64,000 nucleotides of DNA from positions 56,056 to 120,055 of the forward strand of contig JALHMH010000012.1 of the NCBI GenBank assembly GCA_022844165.1, read 5' to 3'. Shown here piece by piece: positions 10,054-18,292 of this stretch (position 1 is the first letter of the stretch; every line of letters begins with the position of its first letter). The notes below the pieces were generated by a model that did not search any database, was not told where the DNA came from, and saw only the letters and a program-made list of their open reading frames with translations. A program made the position numbers and the translations under genes. This stretch comes from Lysobacterales bacterium. Lineage in GTDB: Bacteria > Pseudomonadota > Gammaproteobacteria > Xanthomonadales > SZUA-5.

Positions 10054-11076
10054 GTGACGGCCGTGTCCACCATCGCCGTACTCGGCGCCGGATCATGGGG
10101 CACGGCACTTGCCAGTTTGTTGGCGAGAAATGGCGCGCAGGTGAACTTGTGGGGCCGTCGCAGCGGCGGCCTCACGCAGCTAAAGAACGGTTGGCGCAAC
10201 GAGCGCTACTTGCCAGGAATTGACCTGCCCAATTCGCTGCGTTACGGCACCGATATCGGTGATGCTGTCTGTGCCGCGGATTGGGTTCTGGTGGTTGTGC
10301 CGAGCCATGCGTTTGCCGAAACACTGATGAACCTTCGCGACGTTGCCGGCGCACCCAATGGCCTGGCCTGGGCAAGTAAGGGGTTCGAGCCCGGCTCTGG
10401 CGATTTCCTGCATGAGGTCGCTGATCGTATCTTCGGCACTCAGTTGCCCAAGGCAGTCGTCACCGGGCCGAGTTTCGCCAAAGAAGTTGCACTTGGTATG
10501 CCGAGCGCGGTGACAGTCCACTCGGATGACGATGAATTTGCGAAACAGGTCGCGACCTCGCTGCACGGGCCACAGTTTCGAGCCTATACCGGGAACGACA
10601 TACGCGGCGCCGAGTTGGGCGGCGCGATGAAGAATGTGCTGGCTGTGGCCACTGGTATCGCCGATGGTATGGGTTTGGGTCTAAATGCTCGCGCCGGGCT
10701 GATCACCCGCGGTTTGAACGAAATGCTGCGACTCAACAAGCCTCTGGGTGGCCGTGCCGAGACGATCATCGGGCTCGCGGGACTCGGTGACCTGGTGTTG
10801 ACCTGCACCGGCGATTTGTCGCGCAACCGGCGACTTGGGCTCGCGCTAGGTCGTGGTACGCCGTTGCCGCAGGCGATCGCCGAGATCGGCCAGGTGGTCG
10901 AGAGTGTGCAGACCGCGGATGAAGTCATGCGCCTGGCTGAGCGTTTTGGACTGGATTTGCCGATTGCCTCGCAAGTCCGTGCCGTGCTGCACGGCGATAC
11001 GACGCCCGAGAACGGACTTCGCGCTCTGCTGGCGCGAGATCAGAAGCCAGAATATGGCTCGGAATTGGGATTTTGA
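10054..11076 (+). CDS. gpsA: NAD(P)H-dependent glycerol-3-phosphate dehydrogenase
   Basis: [41 protein letters not shown]. Canonical secB-gpsA order. Confidence 0.96.
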   Translation: MTAVSTIAVLGAGSWGTALASLLARNGAQVNLWGRRSGGLTQLKNGWRNERYLPGIDLPNSLRYGTDIGDAVCAADWVLVVVPSHAFAETLMNLRDVAGAPNGLAWASKGFEPGSGDFLHEVADRIFGTQLPKAVVTGPSFAKEVALGMPSAVTVHSDDDEFAKQVATSLHGPQFRAYTGNDIRGAELGGAMKNVLAVATGIADGMGLGLNARAGLITRGLNEMLRLNKPLGGRAETIIGLAGLGDLVLTCTGDLSRNRRLGLALGRGTPLPQAIAEIGQVVESVQTADEVMRLAERFGLDLPIASQVRAVLHGDTTPENGLRALLARDQKPEYGSELGF

Positions 11077-11184
11077 GGCGAGCGCCTTTGGGATCGCGAT
11101 CCGCCCTGGTTCCAGAACGTCCTTAGGCGCTTGAGCAGGCCGATTCCGGTCTTGCATCCGAATGGTGCCCTGCGGCAGTAACAA

Positions 11185-11214
11185 CAGCAAATCGTGCTTT
11201 GTCGCGATTTGCTG
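11185..11214. promoter_or_regulatory. 10-bp perfect inverted repeat in the DUF4331 operon leader (possible operator or RNA hairpin)
   Basis: CAGCAAATCG-N10-CGATTTGCTG about 40 nt upstream of ATG 11256. Confidence 0.35.
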
Positions 11215-11255
11215 GCCATCAGAGCCAGCGTCTTCTCTCTATTTGAGGATGCGCT

Positions 11256-12647
11256 ATGAGACGTGTACTTTTGATTGTCGCTTTGGCAGCGAGTTCGAGC
11301 CTGTTCGCATCAAGTCATCGCGAAGCGCCTGGCATCACCAGGACGCCCAAGGTCGATGCGACCGATTTCTATATGTTTCGCAGCTACGAGCAGGGTCGCG
11401 ATGGCTTCGTGACTTTGATCGCCAACTATCTGCCGCTGCAAGACGCCTACGGTGGCCCCAACTACTTCTCGCTCGATCCAGAGGCGCTGTACGAGATTCA
11501 TGTCGACAATAATGGCGATGCGGTCGAAGATCTCACATTTCAGTTTCGCTTCCAGAACTTTTCCCAAGACTTGAGGATTCCGGTCAATGGTGTACCGGTC
11601 GCAGTGCCGCTGATCAATATCGGTCAGTTCGGCAATACACCTGAGGCGAATGACGCCGTCAAGAATCTGCTCGAAACCTATACGGTTGGCGTCATTCGAG
11701 GCGATCGCAACTTCGGCGATCCGGTGCTTGCACAGAACGCATCCATGTCGAATGTGACGCGCTTCCGCAAGCCCTTCGACTACATTGGTACGAAGTCCCA
11801 GCCGAACTATGCGCAGTACGCCGACAGTCACATTTGGCGTATCGCAATCCCCGGCTGCGGCGAGGGCAAGGTCTTTGTTGGTCAGCGCAACGATCCTTTC
11901 AGCGTCAATCTGGGCGAAATTTTCGATTTGATCAATCTCAATCCGCTCGGACCGGTGAACGGTGAGAGCAATACCATTGCCGATAAAAACGTCACGAGCT
12001 TGATACTGGAAGTTCCGATCGACTGTGTGCGCGGCAACTCGGACATCATTGGCGCGTGGACCACGGCCAGTCTGCCCGGCAAGGACGGCACGGTTTCGAG
12101 TGCGCGGCGCCCGTTTCGCCAGGTATCGCGTTTGAGCGCGCCGCTGGTGAACGAGGTGGTCATCGGCATTCCGGACAAGGACCGCTTCAACGCTTCCGAA
12201 CCGCGCAACGATGGCCAGTTCGCACAGTACGTGACGAATCCGACGCTTCCGGAGTTGATCGAGATTCTGTTTGCCGCACCGGCGCCGAACCAGTTTCCGC
12301 GCACCGATCTGGTCGCCGCGTTTTTGACGGGCGTGAACGGACTGAACCAACCACCGAATGTGACGCCCGCCGAGATGATGCGGCTGAACCTTGGAATTGC
12401 ACCCAAGGCTGCCGCAGCGCAAAGCAATCTTGGCGTGCTGGGCGGGGACACCGCGGGGTTTCCTAACGGACGGCGCCCAGGCGACGATGTTGTTGACATC
12501 GAACTACGTGTCGCCATGGGCGCGCTGTTGCCCAGTGACGTTGCTCCGGCGGGACAATTGCCCATCACTGATGGCGCCACGGTCAACGCAACGCAGTTCC
12601 GCAGCGCTTTTCCGTACCTGAATACGCCCATTCCAGGCGCCCGTTAG
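11256..12647 (+). CDS. Secreted DUF4331 family protein
   Basis: Signal peptide followed by SSHREAP, D-x-TDFY-x-FRS, FVGQRNDPF, QVSRLSAPLVNEV, GFPNGRRPGDDVVD, FPYL. Confidence 0.88.
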   Translation: MRRVLLIVALAASSSLFASSHREAPGITRTPKVDATDFYMFRSYEQGRDGFVTLIANYLPLQDAYGGPNYFSLDPEALYEIHVDNNGDAVEDLTFQFRFQNFSQDLRIPVNGVPVAVPLINIGQFGNTPEANDAVKNLLETYTVGVIRGDRNFGDPVLAQNASMSNVTRFRKPFDYIGTKSQPNYAQYADSHIWRIAIPGCGEGKVFVGQRNDPFSVNLGEIFDLINLNPLGPVNGESNTIADKNVTSLILEVPIDCVRGNSDIIGAWTTASLPGKDGTVSSARRPFRQVSRLSAPLVNEVVIGIPDKDRFNASEPRNDGQFAQYVTNPTLPELIEILFAAPAPNQFPRTDLVAAFLTGVNGLNQPPNVTPAEMMRLNLGIAPKAAAAQSNLGVLGGDTAGFPNGRRPGDDVVDIELRVAMGALLPSDVAPAGQLPITDGATVNATQFRSAFPYLNTPIPGAR

Positions 12648-12740
12648 CAGGCTGTTGAGAAACAGCCTGCGGGCGCGAACCATGGATGGTTCGCACATGG
12701 GAGAAACGCACAGGAAGTGCGTTTCTCAACAATGTGTTAG
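12644..12740. mobile_element. MITE-like element with IS5-type ends and TTAG direct repeats
   Basis: TTAG | CAGGCTGTTGAGAAAC ... GTTTCTCAACAATGTG | TTAG. Terminal inverted repeats match 13/16, with three internal hairpins. The left half recurs at about 39103-39150. Confidence 0.65.
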
Positions 12741-12753
12741 TCCATCGGCATCT

Positions 12754-12795
12754 GGTTCGGACATTTCGTCACCAGAAGTACGAAATGTCCGGACC
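12754..12795. repeat. 16-bp inverted repeat (hairpin) between DUF4331 and the TPR gene
   Basis: GGTTCGGACATTTCGT-N10-ACGAAATGTCCGGACC, 15/16 match. Confidence 0.6.
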
Positions 12796-12882
12796 GATGT
12801 TGTAACTCACAGCGTCTCGCTTCGGCGAGTCGCGAGTGCGGTTGACGCGCACGATGCAGAAAACCACAGATCGCTCGCCCCT

Positions 12883-13980
12883 ATGCCCATGCTCGGCCCA
12901 CTTTTGCTGATCTCCGCGATCGCTGCAACACCTTATCGCCCGACCGACGATGCACTGGTGCTCGGCCCTGTGACCAGCGATGCACCATCGGCGCTGAAGG
13001 AGCTGCGCGCAATCCAGAGCCCAGGCAGCGCCGCGGAATTCGCGCGGCGCATGTTGCTGCGCGCCGAAGAATCCCAGGACCCAACGTTTGCGCAATACGC
13101 GCTTGCCGCGGTCGAACGCCAGCCCGGTGCGGACGCAGAACAGCGCGTTCTGCGTGCAACAATCCTACAGCGCCTGCATCGTTTCGATGCGGCTCTGGCA
13201 GAGCTCGATGTCGCGCTTGAAGCCCCAGATCCGCCGGCCCAAGGATATTTCGTACGGGCGGTACTGCGCACGCTTCGCGCCGATTATGCCGGCGCACTCC
13301 GCGACTGCGCGGCATTGCTCGGGCGAATCGAAGCGCTGGGTGTTGCTGCATGCGCTGCACTTCCTCGTGCGCGCTCCGGCCAGGCGGAGATCGCATATTC
13401 GGCGCTGGTTGACATGCTCGATGCCAGTACTGGAGACAACGAGGTTACACGTTACGCCCATGGTGTTGCGGCCGAGCTGGCGTGGCGGCTGGCAAAGCCC
13501 GACGCGCTGGAACGGCTCCGTCGCGCGGCCGCGCACGGCAAACCGCTTCAGCGTCTTGCGTATGCCGATGCTTTGATTGCGCTCGGCCACAACGAAGAAG
13601 CGCTGACGGCAATCGATGCAATGCCGGGCGAAGGCGCAATGTTGCGCCGCGCGCGGGCGTTGTGTGCCGTTGGCGACAAGGAGTCGCTGCCAGCGCTCGT
13701 GTCTGCCCTGTGGGCGGGGATTGATGCTCGGGCGCTGCGCGGCGACGCCAGTCACGCTCGCGAAGATGCGTACTTCTTCGCGTACATCGAGCGTGACGCA
13801 AAGCGCGCGCTCAAGGCCGCCCAGGCGAACTTCAAGGAGCAGAAAGAACCGATCGACGCAGAGTTGTTGCTCGACGCGGCGGAACTGGCGGGCGACGATC
13901 CTGCAATGGAATCGGTGCGCCGCTGGCTCAGTACTCATGCCATCGCCGACGCGCATCTTGAACAGCGGTTAGCGCGATGA
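12883..13980 (+). CDS. Exported tetratricopeptide-repeat protein (DUF4331-associated)
   Basis: Short hydrophobic signal, PYRPTDDALVL, Ala-rich helical repeats (RATILQRLHRFDAALAELD, ALKAAQANFKEQKEPID). Start set at 12883 or 12889, after the MITE. Confidence 0.8.
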   Translation: MPMLGPLLLISAIAATPYRPTDDALVLGPVTSDAPSALKELRAIQSPGSAAEFARRMLLRAEESQDPTFAQYALAAVERQPGADAEQRVLRATILQRLHRFDAALAELDVALEAPDPPAQGYFVRAVLRTLRADYAGALRDCAALLGRIEALGVAACAALPRARSGQAEIAYSALVDMLDASTGDNEVTRYAHGVAAELAWRLAKPDALERLRRAAAHGKPLQRLAYADALIALGHNEEALTAIDAMPGEGAMLRRARALCAVGDKESLPALVSALWAGIDARALRGDASHAREDAYFFAYIERDAKRALKAAQANFKEQKEPIDAELLLDAAELAGDDPAMESVRRWLSTHAIADAHLEQRLAR

Positions 13981-15080
13981 GGTTTCTGACGGCACTGTTG
14001 TTATGCGTCGCCGGCAGTGCGGCTGCGCATCAGCCGAGCACCGCGTACCTGGCGCTCACCGTGAGTGGATCCAACATCGAAGGCCGCTTAGACATCGCGA
14101 TCGACGATGCGCAGCGTGTGTTCGCGTTGGACGCGAACAGCGATGGTTTGGCCACCTGGGGCGAGGCGCTTGCCATCGAAACGAACCTGCAACAACTGCC
14201 CGGCGAGGCGCTCGTATTGGCGCTGGACGGCGAGCCGTGTCGCTTCGCCCCGGCGCCGATCGCATTGGTGGAACACAGCGACGGCAACTATCTGGCATTG
14301 CGTTTTACTTCGACCTGCACGCGCAGCGGCGCGCTTGACGTACGCTATAACTGGCTGGTCGATGTCGATTCCGATCATCGGTTGTTGGCGCGGATTGATC
14401 ACGGCGGCGAACAAAGCGCCGTGTTCAGTAGCGAATCGCGGCGCGCGCGAATTGAGCCAGGAGCGCCTCAGGGCAGCGCAGCTTTTGCCGCGTTCTTCTG
14501 GCAAGGCGTGCTGCATATCGGCCTTGGGTTGGACCATTTGTTGTTCCTGAGCTGTCTGCTGCTACCCGCAGTGGTGTGCTATCGCGGTGGGCGCTACGAA
14601 GTCGCCGCCTCTGCGTGGATGGCGTTTGTCGATGTGGTCAAGGTGATTACCGCGTTTACGGTGGCGCACGCATTGAGTCTGACGGCGGTCACGTTCGAGT
14701 GGCTGCGTTTGCCGGTGCGTCTGGTTGAGGCCATGGTGGCAGCGACCATTCTGTTTGCGGCGCTCAACAACGTCCTGCCACTGGCCCGCAACGAGCGCCT
14801 TTGGGCCGTTGCATTCGGGTTCGGCGCAATCCATGGCGCCGGTTACGCTTCGGTGCTGGCGGGTCTGGAACTATCGAGCGCATCGATGTTACTCGCGCTC
14901 CTGGGTTTCAACCTAGGTGTCGAAGGTGCACAAGTCGCTGCTGCATCCATTTTCCTGCCTGTCGCGTATCTGTTTCGTCACCTGAAGCTCTATCGCCTCG
15001 TGCTGACCCTTGGTTCTCTGTTGATCGCCGGAGTGGCGTTGTTATGGCTCATCGAGCGCAGTTTCAATGTGCAGTTCTGA
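13977..15080 (+). CDS. HupE/UreJ family (HupE_UreJ_2-type) membrane protein with N-terminal periplasmic domain
   Basis: Signal AAA|HQPS, HX5DH signature (HIGLGLDH), TAFTVAHALSL, FGFGAIHG, GFNLGVE. Confidence 0.88.
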   Translation: MRFLTALLLCVAGSAAAHQPSTAYLALTVSGSNIEGRLDIAIDDAQRVFALDANSDGLATWGEALAIETNLQQLPGEALVLALDGEPCRFAPAPIALVEHSDGNYLALRFTSTCTRSGALDVRYNWLVDVDSDHRLLARIDHGGEQSAVFSSESRRARIEPGAPQGSAAFAAFFWQGVLHIGLGLDHLLFLSCLLLPAVVCYRGGRYEVAASAWMAFVDVVKVITAFTVAHALSLTAVTFEWLRLPVRLVEAMVAATILFAALNNVLPLARNERLWAVAFGFGAIHGAGYASVLAGLELSSASMLLALLGFNLGVEGAQVAAASIFLPVAYLFRHLKLYRLVLTLGSLLIAGVALLWLIERSFNVQF

Positions 15081-15493
15081 TCGTTTGTTGCCTCGCTGCT
15101 GCCAGCGCTTTCGGTCACGGTGCCGGCTTTCAACGCGATTCGGCGCAGGCCATGGTGTTGCGCTTTGGCTATTCCACCGGCGAACCGATGAGCGATACCG
15201 ATGTGGTGGTCCATGGTCCCGATCAATCGATCGCATTGCGCACGCGAACCGATCGTGACGGCCGGGTCGCCTTTGTGCCAACAACGCCGGGGGAGTGGCA
15301 GGCACAAATCGACGACGGACTGGGACACGAGGTCGCCGCCAAGGTGCTGGTCGATGACGACGGTGCGGTATCGATGCGTGGCGAAGCGCAGCGTGTGGCG
15401 GTCCCACAAACGTTGCTGCTGCTTCTGCTCGCGGCCTCGGTTCTGGGCAACGTGGTCCAGGCGTTCCGGCGCCGATCGTCGTCCAGCAAATAA
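15044..15493 (+). CDS. CbiL/NikL-like accessory protein of nickel/cobalt transport
   Basis: Signal AFG|HG, YSTGEPMS, TDRDGRVAFVP..PGEW...DDGLGH, C-terminal TM helix. Start set at ATG 15044. Confidence 0.65.
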   Translation: MAHRAQFQCAVLIVCCLAAASAFGHGAGFQRDSAQAMVLRFGYSTGEPMSDTDVVVHGPDQSIALRTRTDRDGRVAFVPTTPGEWQAQIDDGLGHEVAAKVLVDDDGAVSMRGEAQRVAVPQTLLLLLLAASVLGNVVQAFRRRSSSSK

Positions 15494-15512
15494 CATCTAT
15501 CTGAGACCTGCT

Positions 15513-17450
15513 ATGAAACGGATTTTGGTACTACTCGCAATCGGCGGCTCGCTCCACGCCCATGACTTGACCACGCTGCCGCAAGTCGAGGCGGTAGGGC
15601 AGTCCAAAAGTCGCATCAATCTGGGCCGCGCGGTTGAACAATTGCCCGCCGGTACGGTGGTGCTCGATAGCGAAGATCTGCAAGCAATGAACATCGGCCA
15701 CGTGATGGACATTTTCCGCACCAGCGCTGGTTTGGTTGTGCGCCATATCAACCAGGGCGATGTCGGCGACGACTTCGGTTTGCGGGGATTTTCGGGTGGC
15801 CACGGTGTCGATGCTGCGGTTTTCGTCGATGGTGTGCCAATCAATCAGGTCAACGGTCGCACGCATGGCCTTGCCGACCTCAACTGGCTGCTGCCGCAGA
15901 TGATCGAACGGGTCGAGATCACCAAGGGTCCGTTTTCGGCGCGCAGCGGCAATTTCGCGTTGGGCGGCGTTGTCAATATCGTGACCAAAGCCGGCATGGA
16001 CGGCGGACAAATCGATGCCACCGCCGGGAAGTTTGGTTTTGGTCAGGCCGTGGTGAGCTATGGCAAAGGTGCGTCGTATTTGACTGGCGAAGGCTTCACG
16101 ACCGATGGATTTCGCGACAACGCATTCTCTGAGCGTACCAGTGTGTTTGCGAAACACAGCTTCGGCAATGATGAGCATCGCTTCAGCGTCGTGGCGCAAT
16201 GGGATTCGCGACGCTTCGGTGCGCCGGCCTATTTGCCGGTCGACGACGTTGTCGCAGGGCGTCGGGCCCGCACCGAGGCGATTAACAACAGTGATGGTGG
16301 CGATGTCGATCACGCTCAGGCCTACCTGACTTACTTTGGCGAGATTAACGATCACACGGCGATCGATGCGCGCGCCTATGCCATTGCCGACGAACGCTCG
16401 CGCTTCGCAGACTTCGGCACCGGGCAGTCGGTGACCTTCACGGAAGGAACCACGTTTGGGCTCAGCGCCGACGTCGAACATTCGTGGGCGTCCTTCCTGC
16501 TGGCCGGGGGTGCCGACTTGCGTTTCGACGATACCGAACGCCTCGCACAGCGCAGCGTGCGCCGGATGCCTGGCGCGCAGACCAGCGATCGCTCGGCGGA
16601 GGTGTTGCAAACCAGCCTTTATGCCGAAGCGCAGTGGGCGCCAGTCGATACGCTCAGAGCGACACTGGGCGTGCGTTGGGATCAATTCGACAGCGACGTT
16701 GAGAATCGTTTCAACAGCAGCGCCAGCGGCAGTGGCAAGGGCGATGCACTCAGTCCCAAGTTTGGCATTGCCTGGCGTCCGGCAGAGTTCGTGGAGTTCT
16801 ACGCCAATCGTGGTCGTGGCTTGCGCTCACCTTCGCAAGTCGAACTCTCGCCGGACACCCGTGGTGCACGATTCCAGGACCTGGAACCCTTCGAGGTCAA
16901 GAGCAACGACATTGGTGTGCGCCTTTCCTGGGGCAGCGCCTTCAGCGCGGAACTGGCCGTCTACGACACCCGAACCAACGGCGAGTTCGTGCAGGTGGCG
17001 CCGGGTGAGTTCGCCAATCTGGGTTCAACCACGCGTGATGGTGTCGAAGGCGAATTGCGTTGGCGCGGTCAGTGGCTGGAGGCATTTTTTGGCGCGTCGC
17101 GTGTCGATGCCGAATTGGTGTCGACGAGCAGTGCCCGCGAGGTGACCGGCGTGCCGGGCAATTCGCAGGTCGCGGGCCTGACCTGGCGACCGGAGACTTA
17201 TGTGTTCGACGTCTACGCTCAGCGCCATGGACGTGCCCCGCTCAACGCGGCCGGCAGCATCTTTCGTGAGCCGGTGGTGTCGTTGTCGGCGAAGATCAGC
17301 CGACAGTTCGAGCGGTTTCGCGCTTTCGCGCAATTCACATTCAATCCAGACGACGAGCGCTCGGAAACGCAGTTCCTGATTAACGGCCGAAACGCGTTCG
17401 ACCCCTTGCCCACCTTCGATGCGCAGATCGGGGTTTCGGTGCCTTTGTGA
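15513..17450 (+). CDS. TonB-dependent outer-membrane receptor
   Basis: Signal peptide, TonB-box-like LPQVEAVG, plug LRGFSGGHG..VFVDGVPIN..HGLADLN..IERVEITKGP..GGVVNIVTK, amphipathic beta strands (LGVRWDQF, SPKFGIAW). Confidence 0.92.
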   Translation: MKRILVLLAIGGSLHAHDLTTLPQVEAVGQSKSRINLGRAVEQLPAGTVVLDSEDLQAMNIGHVMDIFRTSAGLVVRHINQGDVGDDFGLRGFSGGHGVDAAVFVDGVPINQVNGRTHGLADLNWLLPQMIERVEITKGPFSARSGNFALGGVVNIVTKAGMDGGQIDATAGKFGFGQAVVSYGKGASYLTGEGFTTDGFRDNAFSERTSVFAKHSFGNDEHRFSVVAQWDSRRFGAPAYLPVDDVVAGRRARTEAINNSDGGDVDHAQAYLTYFGEINDHTAIDARAYAIADERSRFADFGTGQSVTFTEGTTFGLSADVEHSWASFLLAGGADLRFDDTERLAQRSVRRMPGAQTSDRSAEVLQTSLYAEAQWAPVDTLRATLGVRWDQFDSDVENRFNSSASGSGKGDALSPKFGIAWRPAEFVEFYANRGRGLRSPSQVELSPDTRGARFQDLEPFEVKSNDIGVRLSWGSAFSAELAVYDTRTNGEFVQVAPGEFANLGSTTRDGVEGELRWRGQWLEAFFGASRVDAELVSTSSAREVTGVPGNSQVAGLTWRPETYVFDVYAQRHGRAPLNAAGSIFREPVVSLSAKISRQFERFRAFAQFTFNPDDERSETQFLINGRNAFDPLPTFDAQIGVSVPL

Positions 17451-17493
17451 CGACATTCATCGTTTCCATTGCAGATTCGACAGGAGCATCTCT

Positions 17494-18147
17494 GTGAAAT
17501 ACACAATATCGCTGGCGTTACTGGTTTTCGCGACTCAGGTGGGTGCGCACGATGTTTATGTCGATGCGACCGGTCTGGTCGTGTACGGGCATCCAGGTCA
17601 GCATGAGCCGTATCCTGCCAGCAAGCTGCGTAGCGTTCAGGCGATTGGTGCGGACGGGCAGATACGATTGCCCGGCATCGAGCGGCGAAACGAGATGAGC
17701 TATCTCAACACTGAAGGTGCTGCGGTGATCCATGTTGACTTCGACAACGGCCTGTTTGCCAAGACGCCGGAGGCAGGCAAATTCGTGCCCGGCGGCCGCG
17801 ATCAGCACCCAGGTGCCACCGAGGTTCGAAATTTCGTCAAGTACGGAAGATCCGTCTTCGTTTTCGCCGATCCGGCACTCAAGCCCAGCGGTGCCAAGTT
17901 TGAAATCGTGCCGTTGCGAGCACCGGCCGACGGGTTATTGGCGGTCGAGGTGCGGTTCGAGGGTCAACCTCTCGCGGCGGCTGTTGTCAGTCATGGCGAC
18001 TCAACCAGTGTCGCTGATGCAAGTGGGCGTGTGATGTTGCCGCATGCGCCGGATGCTCCGCAGCTGTATACCTCGCGGCATGAGCAGCCCGGTGTGGGTG
18101 CGGTAGATCGCGTGGTCTACGGCGCGGCATTGTGGGTTGCGCCGTAA
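17494..18147 (+). CDS. Periplasmic DUF4198-like protein (associated with Ni/Co uptake)
   Basis: AGGAG RBS and GTG start, signal VGA|HDVYV, YGHPG, KYGRS, FEIVPL, VRFEGQPLAAA-x-V. Confidence 0.75.
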   Translation: MKYTISLALLVFATQVGAHDVYVDATGLVVYGHPGQHEPYPASKLRSVQAIGADGQIRLPGIERRNEMSYLNTEGAAVIHVDFDNGLFAKTPEAGKFVPGGRDQHPGATEVRNFVKYGRSVFVFADPALKPSGAKFEIVPLRAPADGLLAVEVRFEGQPLAAAVVSHGDSTSVADASGRVMLPHAPDAPQLYTSRHEQPGVGAVDRVVYGAALWVAP

Positions 18148-18292
18148 CGGCGGATCAGTACCAGGGGTCAGGCCAAGCCGGGACAAAGTGGGCAAAAGCA
18201 AGGCGCGCACGCGGCGGCTGCGTTCGGACCCTTCACCCGAACCCGATTTGCCGGTACGCTTCCGCCCCTTGTGCAGGGGAGGACGGCCCACA

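Noticed and set aside
11077-11255. Cobalamin or NiCo riboswitch upstream of the metal-uptake-like operon
   Set aside because: No B12-box, GGGAA or GCCACTG core, and no NiCo four-way junction recognisable by eye. An Rfam scan would be decisive.
11310-12631. 370-aa and 249-aa minus-strand ORFs
   Set aside because: Antisense to the well-supported DUF4331 gene.
12655-12882. N-terminal extension of the TPR ORF
   Set aside because: It runs through the MITE and hairpin. The signal peptide starts at 12883 or 12889.
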